This document shows positions 25,060-37,551 of a stretch of 64,000 nt of DNA, in pieces. Numbering within the stretch: the first letter of the stretch is position 1; each line of letters begins with the position of its first letter. The notes under the pieces were generated by a model. The model worked only from the letters and a program-made list of their open reading frames with translations. It did no database searches and was not told the origin of the DNA. The position numbers were made by a program, and so were the translations under genes. The stretch comes from Mobula birostris (taxonomy: Eukaryota), in the NCBI RefSeq assembly GCF_030028105.1, contig NC_092401.1, positions 7,474,984 to 7,538,983 of the forward strand, read 5' to 3'.

Positions 25060-25191
25060 TTATTACACACTGATCTAATGTACAGTATTTGTAATTGTGT
25101 TACGTGCGGACTTCAAAGACAAAGATGCTTCTCTAAATTAAGCTGATATAAATAAAAACCTTGTCTTGCTTTGATACCAGTATGTACTTAC

Positions 25192-25473
25192 ACTGGACAT
25201 CGAGAGTGGCTGACTGCCGTTTAACAATAGTGTTGTAGTGATGGTGAAGTGTCAGCTCGGCCTCGCAGGTGAACTGCTGTCCATTCAGCTCTGCTCGTGG
25301 ATTCACAGTGTGGTAGATAGTCAGCCCAGTACTGGCTGACCTGTTCACTAATATCTCACTTCCCTCCTTCAGTCTGAGTTGAAGTTCCCCTGAGACGTTA
25401 AACACACTGCAGGTAATATTCACTGGAATTCCCTCAGTGGTGATCGGGATTTGGATTTCAGGGTTGGAGAAAA
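25192..25473 (-). CDS. ICAM-family gene, exon 5 (Ig domain 4)
   Basis: VNITCSV...LNGQQFTCEAEL pattern resembles ICAM D3/D4. Acceptor CATTGCAG|TT, donor CAGT|GTAAGT, 282 nt, phase 1-1. Confidence 0.92.
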
Positions 25474-25529
25474 CTGCAATGACGGAGAACATTGTTAAGG
25501 TTTGTCTTACCAGCAGGACACCGGATGAG

Positions 25530-28027
25530 TAGCAGTAGCAGTGAAGGTTTCAAAGGGCAGGGACTGGATAAGGTGGAGGTTGTTCTCTGGCAAAGATGTG
25601 ATCGGTAGGTGGGAAGCCTTCAAAGGAGAAATTTTGAGAGTGCAGAGTTTGCATTTTCCTGTCAGGATTAAAGGCAAAGTGAATAGGAATAAGGAACCTT
25701 GGTTCTCAAGGGATATTGCAACTCTGATAAAGAAGAAGAGAGAGTTGTATGAATGTATAGGAAACAGAGTGTAAATAAGGTGCTTGAGGAGTATAAGAAG
25801 TGCAAGAAAATACTTAAGAAAGAAATCAGGAGGGCTAAAAGAAGACATGAGGTTGCCTTGGCAGTCAAAGTGAAGGATAATCCAAAGAGCTTTTACAGGT
25901 ATATTAAGAGCAAAAGGATTGTAAGGGATAAAATTGGTCCTCTTGAAGATCAGAGTGGTCGGCTATGTGCGGAACCAAAGGAACTGGAGGAGATCTTAAA
26001 CAACAGAACAACATGAGCCACCCTCCAATCCTCCGGCACTTCACCTGTAGACAGCGACATTTTAAATATTTCTGCCAGGGCTTGTCAACATGGCTTTGTG
26101 CATGGTAGGTCATGTTTGACCGATCTATTGGAGTTTGTCGAGGAGGTGACCAGGAAAGTGGATGAAGGGAAGGCAGTGGTTTCAGGTCTCGGCCTGAAAC
26201 GTCGATTGCACCTCTTCCTACAGATGCTGCCTGGCCTGCTGCGTTCACCAGCAACTTTGATGTGTGTTGCTTGAATTTCCAGCATCTGCAGAATTCCTGT
26301 TGTTTGAGATCTTAAATAGGTTTTTTGCGTCTGTATTTACTAAGGAAACTGGCATGAAGTCTATGGAATTAAGGGAAACAAGTAGTGAGATCATGGAAAC
26401 TGTACAGATCGAAAAGGAGGAGGTGCTTGCTGTCTTGAGGAAAATTAAAATGGATAAATCCCCGGGACCTAATAGGGTGTTCCATCGGACCTTGAAGGAG
26501 ACTAGCCTTGAAATTGCAGGGGCCCTGGCAGAAATATTTAAAATGTCGTTGTCTACAGCTGAGGTGCCGGAGGATTGGAGGGTGGCTCATGTTGTTCCAT
26601 TGTTTAGAAAAGGATCAAAAAGTAATCCGGGAAATTATAGGCCGGTAAATTTAACGTAGGTAGTAGATAAGTTATTGGAGGGAGTACTAAGATACAGAAT
26701 CTACAAGCATTTGGATAGACAGGGACTTATTAGGGAGAGTCAACATGGCTTTTTGCATGGTAGGTCATGTTTGACCGATCTATTGGAGTTTGTCGAGGAG
26801 GTTACCAGGAAAGTGGATGAAGGGAAGGCAGTGGATATTGTCTACATGGACTTCAGTAAGGCCTTTGACAAGGTCCTGCATGGGAGGTTAGTTAGGAAAA
26901 TTCAGTCGCTAGGTATACATGGAGAAGTGGTAAATTGGATTAGACATTGGCTCAATGGAAGAAGCCAAAGAGTGGTGGTAGAGAATTGCTTCTCCGAGTG
27001 GAGGCCTGTGACTAGTGGTGTGCCACAGGGATCAGTGCTGGGTCCATTGTTATTTGTCATCTATATCAATGATCTGGATGATAATGTGGTAAATTAGATC
27101 AGCAAATTTGCTGATGATACAAAGATTGGAGGTGTAGTAGACAGTGAGGAAGGTTTTCAGAGCCTGCAGAGGGACTTGGACCAGCTGGAAAAATGGGCTG
27201 AAAAATGGCAGATGGAGTTTAATACAGACAAGTGTGAGGTATTGCACGTTGGAAGGACAAACTAAGGTAGAACATACAGGGTTAATGGTAAGGCACTGAG
27301 GAGTGCAGTAGAACAAAGGGATCTGGGATTACAGATACAAAATTCCCTAAAAGTGGCGTCACAGGTAGATAGGGTCATAAAGAGAGCTTTTGGTACATTG
27401 GCCTTTATTAATCAAAGTATTGAGTATAAGAGCTGGAATGTTATGATGAGGTTGTATAAGGCATTGGTGAGGCCGAATCTGGAGTATTGTGTTCAGTTTT
27501 GGTCACCAAATTACAGGAAGGATATAAATAAGGTTGAAAGAGTGCAGAGAAGGTTTACAAGGATGTTGCCGGAACTTGAGAAACTCAATTACAGAGAAAG
27601 GTTGAATAGGTTAGGACTTTATTCCCTGGAGTGTAGAAGAATGAGGGGACATTTGATAGAGTTATATAAAATTATGATGGGTATAGATAGAGTGAATGCA
27701 AGCAGGCTTTTTCCACTGAGGCAAGGGGAGAAAAAAACCAGAGGACATGGGTTAAGGGTGAGGGGGGGAAAGTTTAAAGGGAACATTGGGGGGGGGCTTC
27801 TTCACACAGAGAGTGGTGGGAGTATGGAATGAGCTGCCAGAAGAGGTGGTAAATGCGGGTTCTTTTTTAACATTTAAGAATAAATTGGACAGATACATGG
27901 ATGGAAGGTGTATGGAGGGATATGGTCCATGTGCAGGTCAGTGGGACTAGGCAGAAAATGGTTCGGCACAGCCAAGAAGGGCCAAAAGGCCTGTTTCTGT
28001 GCTGTAGTTTTTCTATGGTTTCTATGG
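25530..28027 (+). mobile_element. 5'-truncated CR1 LINE (about 2.2 kb net)
   Basis: [61 protein letters not shown]; (TTCTATGG)n-type tail. Confidence 0.92.
26001..26305 (+). mobile_element. Composite insertion: inverted and direct CR1 snippets fused to a Penelope terminus
   Basis: 11-bp TSD GAGATCTTAAA (25990-26000, 26306-26316); see finding. Confidence 0.85.
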
Positions 28028-28094
28028 AGTTTTATCCCACTGGCAAGCTCTCGCGGGAGTGACCGTTATGAGAGAGACTGTGGCCCTGGCACAA

Positions 28095-28545
28095 GAAAAT
28101 AGCATCCATCATCAAGGGCTTCCACCACCCAGGCCATGATCTCTTCATACTTCTGCCATTGGGAAGGAGGTACAGGAGCTTCAGGTCTCATACCAGCAAG
28201 TTCAGTAACAGTTATTACCTTTCAACCATCAACTCCTGAACCAGCATGGATAACTTCACTCACCTCAACAATGAACTGATTCCACAACCTATGGACTCAA
28301 TTTCAAGGACTCTATAAATTACAATCTCAGCTTTCTTTCTTTCTTTTTTATTATTGTACTTGCACAGGTTGCCTTCTTTAGCACATTGTTTTTTTTTTGT
28401 CAGACTTTGTGTGTAGCTTTTCACTGATTATATTGTCTTTCTTTGTTCTAAACTCTGAATGCCTGCAAGAAAATGAATCTCAGGGTGGCACCTGGTGACA
28501 TATACACACTTTAATAATAAACTTACTTTGAACCTTGAAAGCTTA
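28095..28545 (+). mobile_element. Rex1/Babar 3' fragment
   Basis: ASIIK..HHPGH.LF.LLPLGRRYRSFRSHT; AATAAAC..(TTTGAAC) tail. Confidence 0.7.
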
Positions 28546-28574
28546 CTCATTATACGTTACAGAGGCCAGGGCAT

Positions 28575-28900
28575 TGGTATACTGCTGCTGTGGGACGCGG
28601 GCAATAGTGGACGTTGGGAATGTCCCCAATCTCCCTCATCTGCACCTGGAGGTTGTGCGCTCAGCTGCAGCTCCTTTTGGACCCCAGTAGCAGTTGGGGC
28701 TGTGGATGGTCAGGCTATGGAGAATCTGGGATGCAGAGAATGTCGGAGACAGCACAGTTGGTGAGTTGTTCGTGTCACTGATACAGTAGAGATGGGAGGG
28801 TATCGAGGGAGGGTAGTCAGGGCAGCCAGCTAATTCATTCCCTTTGCAAACTTGGCTCAACGTGTTCATGCCAGCTGTGTCACTGAGCAAGCTAGTCCCA
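28575..28900 (+). mobile_element. Degenerate CR1 ORF1 N-terminal remnant
   Basis: Weak similarity to the CR1 ORF1 Cys-rich and QLQLL region. Confidence 0.4.
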
Positions 28901-29346
28901 CCGCTCATGTTTGGCAAATTGCCCCCTCATCCATGTATTTATCTAAAGATTCAAATGCACTTGGTTCGTTTATTATCAAAGTACATATGCAGTATACAAC
29001 TCTGAGATTCGTCTTCACCAGATAGCCACGAAACAAACAAAACCATGGTAGTCGCTCAACGAAACACGTCAGCAGCCCTGTACCCCACACAAAAAAAACC
29101 CATACACTGCAAATGGGAACATGATCATTAACCCCACCGCGCGAAAAAGAATGACAAATCTCACAAAACAGCAAGAACATCCAACCCGAACCCCTTCCCT
29201 GACAGATCATGCCAAATGGCAACAAGAACACCAACCCACTCCCTCACACAGAAAAAAAAACTTACCGATTGCACCAAACTACAACAAGAAAGAATGACTG
29301 GAAACACAGAATGGGAAAAAAAAACCTAGAAGTGACGAATTGACAA

Positions 29347-29963
29347 TAAACTGGACTGGTCAAAGAACACTGAGGCTGTCTACAAGAAGGGCCAGAGCCG
29401 TCTCCATTTCCTGAGGAGACTGAGGTCCTTTAACATCTGCCGGACGATGCTGAGAATGTTCCATGAGTCTGTGGTGGCCAGTGCGATCATGTTTGCTGTT
29501 GTGTGCTGGGGCAGCAGGCTGAGGGTAGCAGACACCAACAGAATCAACAAACTTATCCGTAAGGGCAGTGATGTTGTGGGGATGGAACTGGACTCTCTGA
29601 CGGTGGTGTCTGAAAAGAGGATGCTGTCCAAGTTGCATGCCATCTTGGTTAATGTCTCCCATCCACTGCATAATGTACTGGGTGGGCAAAGGAGTACATT
29701 CAGCCAGAGGCTCATTCCACCGAGATGCAACACAGAGCGTCATAGGAAGTCATTCCTGCCTGTGGCTATCAAACTTTACAACTCCTCCCTTGGAGGGTCA
29801 GACACCCTGAGCCAATAGGCTGGTCCTGGACTTATTTCCTGGCATAATTTATATATTATTATTTAATTATTTATGGTTTTATTACTATTTAATTATTTAT
29901 GGCGCAACTGTAACAAAAACCAGTTTCCCCCGGGATCAATAAAGTATGACTATGACTGTGACT
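29347..29963 (+). mobile_element. Rex1/Babar LINE 3' end
   Basis: KLDWSKNTEAVYKKGQSRL.FLRRLRSF, FAVVCWGS, CNTERHRKSFLP.AIKLYN; AATAAAG(TATGAC)n tail. Confidence 0.88.
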
Positions 29964-30509
29964 AAATGATGGAGACCAATTTGAACTACAGTTAGTTTGA
30001 ACTTCAGTCCACAGTCCAATCCACAGAGGGCAGATCTTCGGTAACATTGAGGGAGAGGGACCTTCCATGATCCGTAACACACAGGCACCTTATCCGGCAG
30101 CAGCGAGAGATCCATCACAGCAGAGAGCAAGAGGCAGGTAGTCAGCGATAGGCACTTGCTCACCTCCGCATGCGGTTTGATGTTTCATTCTTCCTCGATG
30201 CTTTGAACGATGAGAAATGGAGTCGACCATGGGCTCACACATCGTTTCTTCCCCTCGAGGCCACTTGCGCATGCCTCCTGGAACTTTCTCGGGACAGCAA
30301 AGAGCGCTAGATCTCTCAATCAGTCTCCAAACTGTAAGTCACAGGCTTCAACAGTTCCAGAAACACACTTAAAATAAAAAGATGTAGAAAAAGTGAAATA
30401 AACAGTTCCGTGGACTATCTAAAAGGCGTCACCATGTGCCCACCTCAACCACTATTTCTGGAGGCTCATTCTATGTGTGCATCTCCCTTTGTGTGAAGAA
30501 GCTGCCTTG

Positions 30510-31110
30510 AAATTGGAGAGTTGACATGACATCTAAAAATTTGATAAACTTTTATAGATGTGTGGTGGAGAGTATATTGACTGGCTGCAGCACAGCCTGG
30601 TATGGAAGCCTTGTATGGTAAATCTGACCCAGTACATCACGTGTAAAGCCCTCCCAACCAATCAGTACATCTACATGAAACACTGTTGTAGGAAAGCAGC
30701 ATTCATCTTCAGGGATCCTCATCACCCAGGCCGTGCTGACATCGGATAGCAGGTACAAGAGCCTCAGGACTCACACCATCAGGATCAAGAACAGTTACTA
30801 CCCCTCAACCACCAGGCTCTTGAATAAAAGGGGATAACTACGCTCAACTTCACTTGCCCCATCAGTGAAATGTTCCCACAACTAATGGTCTCACTTTCAA
30901 GGACTCTTTATCTCACCATCTCATGTTCTCATTATTTATTGTTTTTGATCTTAATTTACATTTACACAGTTTGTTATCTTCTGCACTCTGGTTGATCTTT
31001 CACTGATCCTGTTATAGTTACTATTCTATAGATTTGCTGAGTATATATCTCAGGGTTATATAAGGTGACATATATGTACTTTGATAATAAACCTTGCTTT
31101 GAACTTTGAA
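30510..31110 (+). mobile_element. Rex1/Babar 3' fragment
   Basis: FYRC.VESILTGC..AWYG, CRKAA.I.RDPHHPG. Confidence 0.75.
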
Positions 31111-31114
31111 CTTT

Positions 31115-31490
31115 TGAAGTTTAAATCTCTGGCCTCTGATGTTAAGCCTTGGCCCCTCATTTTCATTGCCTCCTCTCTTGGAAAAAGACTATGTGCTTTC
31201 ACCCTGTCTATTATCCTCATGATACCCTATAAGGTCAGCCCCTCAACCTCCTACACTGCAGGGAATAGAGTGCTAGTCTACCCAACCTCCCCTTGTATCT
31301 CAGCCCCTCCATCACCCTCCCCACCACAGGTCCAAGCAACATCCTGGTTAATCTGCTCTACACTCTTTCTAGTTTAATAACATCTTTCCTATAACAGGGT
31401 GACCAAAGCCGTACACAGTACTCCAAATGCTGCCCTATCAACATCTCATATAACTGCAATATAACTTCCCAACTTCTACGCTCAATGCCC
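31115..31490 (-). mobile_element. CR1 3' fragment
   Basis: LEYCVRLWSPCYRKDVIKLERV. Confidence 0.7.
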
Positions 31491-31789
31491 TGAGGGTACC
31501 AGTGAACCAGAATCAGGTTTAGTATCACAGTCGTACTGTAAATCATAAAGTTTGTTAAACTGAGGCAGCAGACTATTGCAATACATAATCATAATAACTA
31601 TACATTACATTAAGTATATATATTAATGGAAATTATTTGTGCTGAACGTGTATAAAGTATGCCAAATGACTTCTTCACCACCCTATCTACCTGTGACACT
31701 ACTCTCAGTGAACTGTGCACTTGAACTGCTAGGTCCCTCTGTTCCATAACACTCCCCAGTGCTCACTGTATAAGTCCTACCCAGCTTCA

Positions 31790-32320
31790 AAGTTCAAAAT
31801 AAAGTTTATTGTCAGCGTACATACATGTCACCACGTACAATCCTCAGTTTCTTTTCCTGTGAACCCTCTCAGCAAACCTATGGAACAGTAACTGTAGACA
31901 GGATCGGCGAACAACAAACTGTGCAAATGCAGATATAAATAAATAGCAATACACAACGAGCACAAAATAACAAGGTAAAGAGTCCTTAAAGTGAGACCAT
32001 CAGTTGTGGGAACACCAGAAATAGAAGGAGTGTAGTTATTCCCTTTTTGTTCAAAAGTCTGATGATTGAGGGGCAGTAACTGTTCTTGAACCTGGTGGGG
32101 TGAGTTCTGAGGCTCCTGTACCTTCTACCTGCTGGCAGCAGCGAGAAAAGAGCATGGCCTGGGTGGTGATGATCTCTGACGATGGATGCTGCTTTTCTAC
32201 GGCAACGTTTCATGTAGACGTGCTCAATGGTTGAGAGGACTTTACCTGTGATGTACTGGGCCGAATCCACTGCCTTTTCTATGATTTTCCGCTCAAAGGC
32301 ATTGGTTGGATCTCCCAAAA
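31790..32320 (-). mobile_element. Rex1/Babar 3' fragment
   Basis: RCRRKAASIVRDHHHPGHALFSLLPAGRRYRSLRTH..RFKNSY. Confidence 0.8.
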
Positions 32321-32999
32321 TGCAACACGTCATATTTATCTGGATTACCAACCGTTTGCCAATTCTCAGCCAACATTACCAAGCTGATCACGAAGCTTCT
32401 GTAATTTTTCATTAACTTCCACACTACCTGCAGCTACCACTGTGTAATATTATCCATAAACTTACTAACTATGGCTGTACATTTATCACAAGCAGATCAG
32501 GCTTATTATCACTGACACATCTTGTAAAATTTGTTGTTCTGTAGCTGCAGTACAGAAAAAGGTATAAAAAAAATTACTGTTCCAATCAATAGTGTCAAAG
32601 ATGAATAAGGAGGCAGTGTTCATGAATTGTTCAGATATCTGATGCTAGGGGGGACAAAACTCTTCCTAAAACATTGAGTGGGGGTCTTCAGGCTCCTGTG
32701 CCTCCTCCCTGATGGTGGCAACGAGAAGGGGGTACATCCGAATCATTTCTATAAATTACAACTAATGAAGGTCCAAGCACCGACCCCCATGGTACACCTC
32801 CAGACACAGGCCCACAGTCAGAGGAACAACCCTCAACCAGCACCCTCTAGTTCCCTGCAGTGAGCCAATTCTGATTCCAATCAGCCATCTCCCCGAGTCC
32901 CGTACAATCTAACTGTTCAGGCTAGCCTGCCGGGAGGGAGCTTGTCAGAGGCCTTGCTAACGTTCATCCAGACAACATAAATTGCCCTACCTACACTCA

Positions 33000-34790
33000 C
33001 CTACCCCCTTAGCTACTTCCTCAAAGAACTCCAAAAGATTTGTCAGGCATGACTTCCCACAGAGCAAAACCCAAATCAGACCCTGTCTCTCCAAAGGGTC
33101 TGATGGTTTCTGTAGCTGCAAGAGACTCCAGGTTGATACATTGCCTCCTTGAAGTTAGGATCAAAGATATCTCAGAGTGGCTGCAGGACGTTCTGAAATG
33201 GTTTGGTAAACAGCCAGAGGTCATGGTACATGTAAGTAACAATAACATAGGTCAGAGGAGAGATGAGGTTCTGTGGCTTGAGCTTAGGGAGCTAAGTGCC
33301 CATTTGAAGAGCAGAAGCTTAAAGGTTGTAACTTAGACCATAAGATATAGGAGCAGAATTAAGCCATTTAACCCATCAAATCTGTTCCACCATTTCATCA
33401 TATCTGACCCATTTTCCTTCTCGGCCCCAATCTCCTGCCTTCTCCCTTAATCCATTCATGCCCTGACTAATCAAGAATCGACCAACCTCTGCCTTAAATA
33501 TACGTAAAGGCTTGGTTTGCACGGCTGTCAGTAACAATGAAAAATCCACAGATTCACCGCTCTCTGGCTAAAGAAAGTCCTCCTCACCTCTGTTCTAAAA
33601 GGACACCCCTCTATTCTGAAGCTGTGTCCTCTGGTCCTAGACTCTCCCACCATAGGAAACATCTCCTCCACATCCATTCTGTTGAGGCCTTTCAACATCT
33701 GATAGGTTTCAACTAGGGCGCCCCTCATTCTTCTGAATTCCAGAGAATACAGGCCCAGAGTCATCAGACGCTCTTCATACGACAAGCCATTCAACCCTGG
33801 AATCATTTTTGTGAACCTCCTTTGAACCCTCTCCAGTGTCAGCACATCCTTTCTGACTCGCAATACTCCAGATGAGGCCTCAGCCGTATTGTATTTAGCC
33901 TCAACATTACATCCTTGCTTTTATATTTTATTCCTCTTGAAATGAATGCTGACATCGCATTCGTCTTCCTCACCACACATTCTACCTGCAAATTAACATT
34001 TAGGGAAATCCTGCACATGGGCTCTTAACTTGATAAGCAGCCTCATGTGTGGCGGCTTGTCAAAGGCCTTCTGAAAATCCAAATACCCACCATCTACCGA
34101 TTCTCTTTTATCCATCCTGCTTGTTATTTCCTCAAAGAATTCCAACACATTCGTCAGGCAAGATTTTCCCTTGAGGAAGCTATGCTGACGATGGCCTATT
34201 TAATCATGTGCCCCAGGAACCCTAAAACCACATCCTTAACTTCTTGATTGCCTCTGGTGGCACGAGCCAGTGAATATGGGAATATAGGGATGGGTGGGAT
34301 CAATGTGTGACTAAAGGGATGGTGCTCAAGGATAGACTTTAGCTTCCTGTATCATTGGAACTGTTTCTGAGGAAGCTGGGACCTCCATAAGTGGAATGAG
34401 TTGCAAGTTAGCCACAGTGGGAGATTAACATGCTTGCTGGCAGATTTGCAGGTGGAAGGTTTAAATTGTGTTGCAGGGGAAGGAGCTCAGAACAGTGTTT
34501 CAGATAGAGCACCTAGAGGAGAAAAAGTATGTTTCAAAGACAAAGCAAATGAGTAAGTGTGCGTGAAGAAAAGTCACCACTAAATTGCATTTATTTTAAT
34601 GCAAGGTGTATAACCGGTAAAGCAGATGACCTCAAAGCTTTGATTAAGAAAGTGATCTACAATATTGCCATCACTGATGGCAGGATTGTCAAGTCAGTAT
34701 TCCAGGATATAGAATTTTCAGCTATGACAATAGTGAGAGAATGAAAGAGGGAGGAAGGAAATATTCCACGGTTAGTTAGAGATTGATAAT
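33000..34790. mobile_element. CR1 ORF1/EN remnant (+; 33000-33336 and 34245-34790) interrupted by a CR1 3' end (-; 33337-34240)
   Basis: Plus: PEVMVHV.NN.IG, LNCIYFNARCI. Minus: LERVQRRFTKMIPG, RRMRG.L.E.Y. Confidence 0.75.
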
Positions 34791-34841
34791 GGGATGGGGA
34801 GGGAAGAGGAATGAGGGAACGAAAAAGGAAGGAAATATTGC

Positions 34842-36035
34842 ACACAACACACATCAAAGTTGCTGGTGAACGCAGCAGGCCAGGCAGCATCTCTAGGAAG
34901 AGGTACAGTCGACGTTTCAGGCCGAGACCCTTCGTCAGGACTGACTGAAGGAAGAGCTAGTAAGAGATTTGAAAGTGGGAGGGGGAGGAGGAGATCCAAA
35001 ATGATAGGAGAAGACAGGAGGGGGAGGGATGGAGCCAAGAGCTGGACAGGTGATTGGCAAAAGGGGTATGAGAGGATCATGGGACAGGAGGCCCAGGGAG
35101 GAAGAAAGGGGGAGGGCGGAAAAACCCAGAGGATGGGTAAGGGGTATAGTGAGAGGGACAGAGGGAGGAAAAGGAGAAAGAGAAAAAGAATGTGTGTATA
35201 TAAATAAATAAATAACGGATGGGGGACGAGGGGAAGGTGGGGCATTAGCGGAAGTTAGAGAAGTCAATGTTCATCCCATCAGGTTGGAGGCTACCCAGAT
35301 GGAATATAAGGTGTTGTTCCTCCAACCTGACTGTGGCTTCATCTTTACAGTAGAGGGGGCCGTGGATAGACATATCAGAATGGGAATGGGATGTGGAATT
35401 AAAATGTGTGGCCACTGGGTGGTCCTGCTTTCTCTAGCGGACAGAGCATAGGTGTTCAGTGAAACGATCTCCCAGTCTGCATTGGGTCTCGCCAATATAT
35501 AGAAAGCCACATCGGGAGCACCGGACGCAGTATATATCACCCCCAGCCAACTCACAGGTGAAGTGTCACCTCACCTGGAAGGACTGTCTGGGGCCCTGAA
35601 TGGTGGTAAGGGAGGAAGTGTAAGGGCATGTGTAGCACTTGTTCTGCTTACAAGGATAAGTGCCAGGAGGGAGATCGGTGGGGAGGGATGGGGGGGGGTG
35701 CGAACGGACAAGGGAGTCGCGTAGGGAGTGATCCCTGTGGAAATCTGGGGGTGTGGGGGAGGGAAAGATGTGCTTAATGGTGGGATCCCATTGGAGGTGG
35801 CGGAAGTTACGGAGAATTATATGTTGGACCCGGAGGCTGGTGGGGTGGTAGGTGAGGAACAGGGGAGCCCTATTCCTAGTGGGGTGGCGGGAGGATGGAG
35901 TGAGAGCAGATGTGCATGAAATGGGGGAGATGTGTTTGAGAGCAGAGTTGATGGAGGAGGAAGGGAAGTCCCTTTCTTTAAAAAAGGACGACATCTCCTT
36001 CATCCTGGAATGAAAAGCCTCATCCTGAGAGCAGT
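34842..36035 (-). mobile_element. 5'-truncated Penelope-like element (RT thumb, GIY-YIG endonuclease, pLTR), frameshifted
   Basis: CSQDEAFHSR..EMSSFFKER, LTYHPTSL..QHIILRNF, C..CPY, frameshifted GVIY...YIG region; 3' UTR with intact hammerhead. Confidence 0.9.
34906..34943 (-). ncRNA. Intact minimal type I hammerhead ribozyme (Penelope pLTR)
   Basis: Minus strand reads CAGTC-CTGACGA-AGGGTCTCGGCCT-GAAACGTC-GACTG: 5-bp stem I, canonical core, short stem II, palindromic ACGT in place of stem III, predicted GUC cleavage between 34911 and 34910. Confidence 0.85.
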
Positions 36036-36541
36036 TAGTTAAAGATTGAAATCTGCCCAGAAGTATCACAATCAGGGGTCATTTTTAAATTAAAAGATTT
36101 TTTTTTCAGTTAGCATGTGGATTGTATTTTCTCGGTGTAAGCTCGTGGGTTTGCAATGTTCCTTGGATTGTTTACTTTTTACGTCTAATTGTTTGTCTTC
36201 GGACTAGCGCTGGGTTTTCACTTTGTGTTGCAGGAGTCTCATTTGGGATCATGGGGATTGTTAAGCTTGCTTTGTATTTATCACTTCTACTCAGTTTGGG
36301 GTGAGTGAATTAGCACGGGATTTCCAATGTCTTGTATCGTAGTTGTTGTCCTTGTGGCCTATTGCTTCATTTCAACTCTGCGGCTGTCAGAATTCCTACC
36401 TGTTCCAGGGTGTAGTTCAGGGGAAGTTGCCAACCCCTCTTTGCTCCGTCATTGTGAATGCTTGTCTGGTGAAGCTCTGACTGGGGACTTCCGTGTATCA
36501 TAACTGATTCAGTTCTACAAGATTCTGTAGAGACTGCCTGA

Positions 36542-36795
36542 ATGCCCACCCATCTCCTCCCTCTAGTGCTCCTCCATGGCCTTCTGTCTCTTTAACCAAT
36601 TTACTTCTCAGCTCTTTACTTCATCCCCCCCCCCTTCAGGTTTCACCTATCACCTTGCATCTCTGTCTCCCCTCCTCCACCTTTTAAAGCTTTTTTTTCT
36701 CCAGTCCTGCCAAAGGGGTTCAGCCCAAAACGTCGACTGTACTCTTTTCCTAGATGCTGCCTGGCCTGCTGAGATCCTCCAGCATTTTGCGTGTG
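36542..36795 (+). mobile_element. Penelope pLTR fragment
   Basis: Pyrimidine tract, variant hammerhead and terminus; candidate 8-bp TSD CTGCCTGA (36534-36541, 36796-36803). Confidence 0.75.
36702..36739 (+). ncRNA. Degenerate or variant hammerhead motif (CTGCCAA core)
   Basis: CAGTC-CTGCCAA-AGGGGTTCAGCCC-AAAACGTC-GACTG; stem I perfect, core altered. Confidence 0.6.
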
Positions 36796-37551
36796 CTGCC
36801 TGAGCTCTTGTTAGTTTTGCCGGCAATTTTTGTAGTACTGTATATCTCTTGTTTTGCTTGAATTGCCGAAGTGTCTGGGATTCCTGAACTTGAGTTTGCC
36901 AGTGACCCTGACAAGAAGAGCTTTTTTGATTGAGTATAGGGTAGAACAATGAGTGAAGGAGCATTATCGGACCTTATCTGGGCGAATGTAGATGGCCAAG
37001 TGGATGAAGTGTCAGCTGGGGAACATTTTGGAGAATGCCATGTTTGCCTAGGTTGTCACTGAGCTGAAAAAGATGCAGAAAGGATTTATAAGTATGTTGC
37101 CAGGACTAGACTGCTTGACTTGTAAGGAGGGATTAGCTGTATTTTTCACAGTTTAAGAATAAATCTTTTCTAAACCCTGTTTTCTGTCCTTAAGTTAACT
37201 TCTTATCCATATATAAATATGTTTTATTTTCCTTGGATCTTAATTTTACTAAATATTATATGAGTTGATATGAAAGATAGCCTTAGATACAAAGGAAAAG
37301 ATGGGATAGTAGCAGGCCTTGGGCAGACAATCCACATTCATGTTTACATCAGTTCAACATAGTCACCTCATTCCCATGTCTCTCTTTTGCTTCCATTCAT
37401 TGGTTAATTTCAATGTCAATTATACTCATTGGCTACTTTGTCATTCTGATCAACTGTGCCACAAACATTTGAAGCAACCTCACTATCTAGGGAAAAGTGG
37501 CAGGCATTAACAATCAGGACCGATAATAATTGTAACATCCAGCATATTTAC

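Larger units (their letters stand above)
36040..36960 (-). mobile_element. Highly degenerate Gypsy integrase C-terminal remnant
   Basis: Weak motif similarity (QVQESQTLRQFKQNKRY, low-complexity tail ...VRRQTIRRK); split by a pLTR fragment. Confidence 0.4.

Noticed and set aside
23203-25191. Possible extra Ig exon in intron 5
   Set aside because: No Ig-like minus-strand reading frame seen; the interval is largely filled by pLTR and Chapaev-like elements. A very short exon cannot be excluded.
36234-36300. Plus-strand exon-like segment (strong acceptor and donor) encoding the signal-peptide-like MGIVKLALYLSLLLSL
   Set aside because: Lies antisense within a degenerate Gypsy remnant, ends in phase 2, and no partner exons were found. 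Probably chance; RNA-seq could rescue it.
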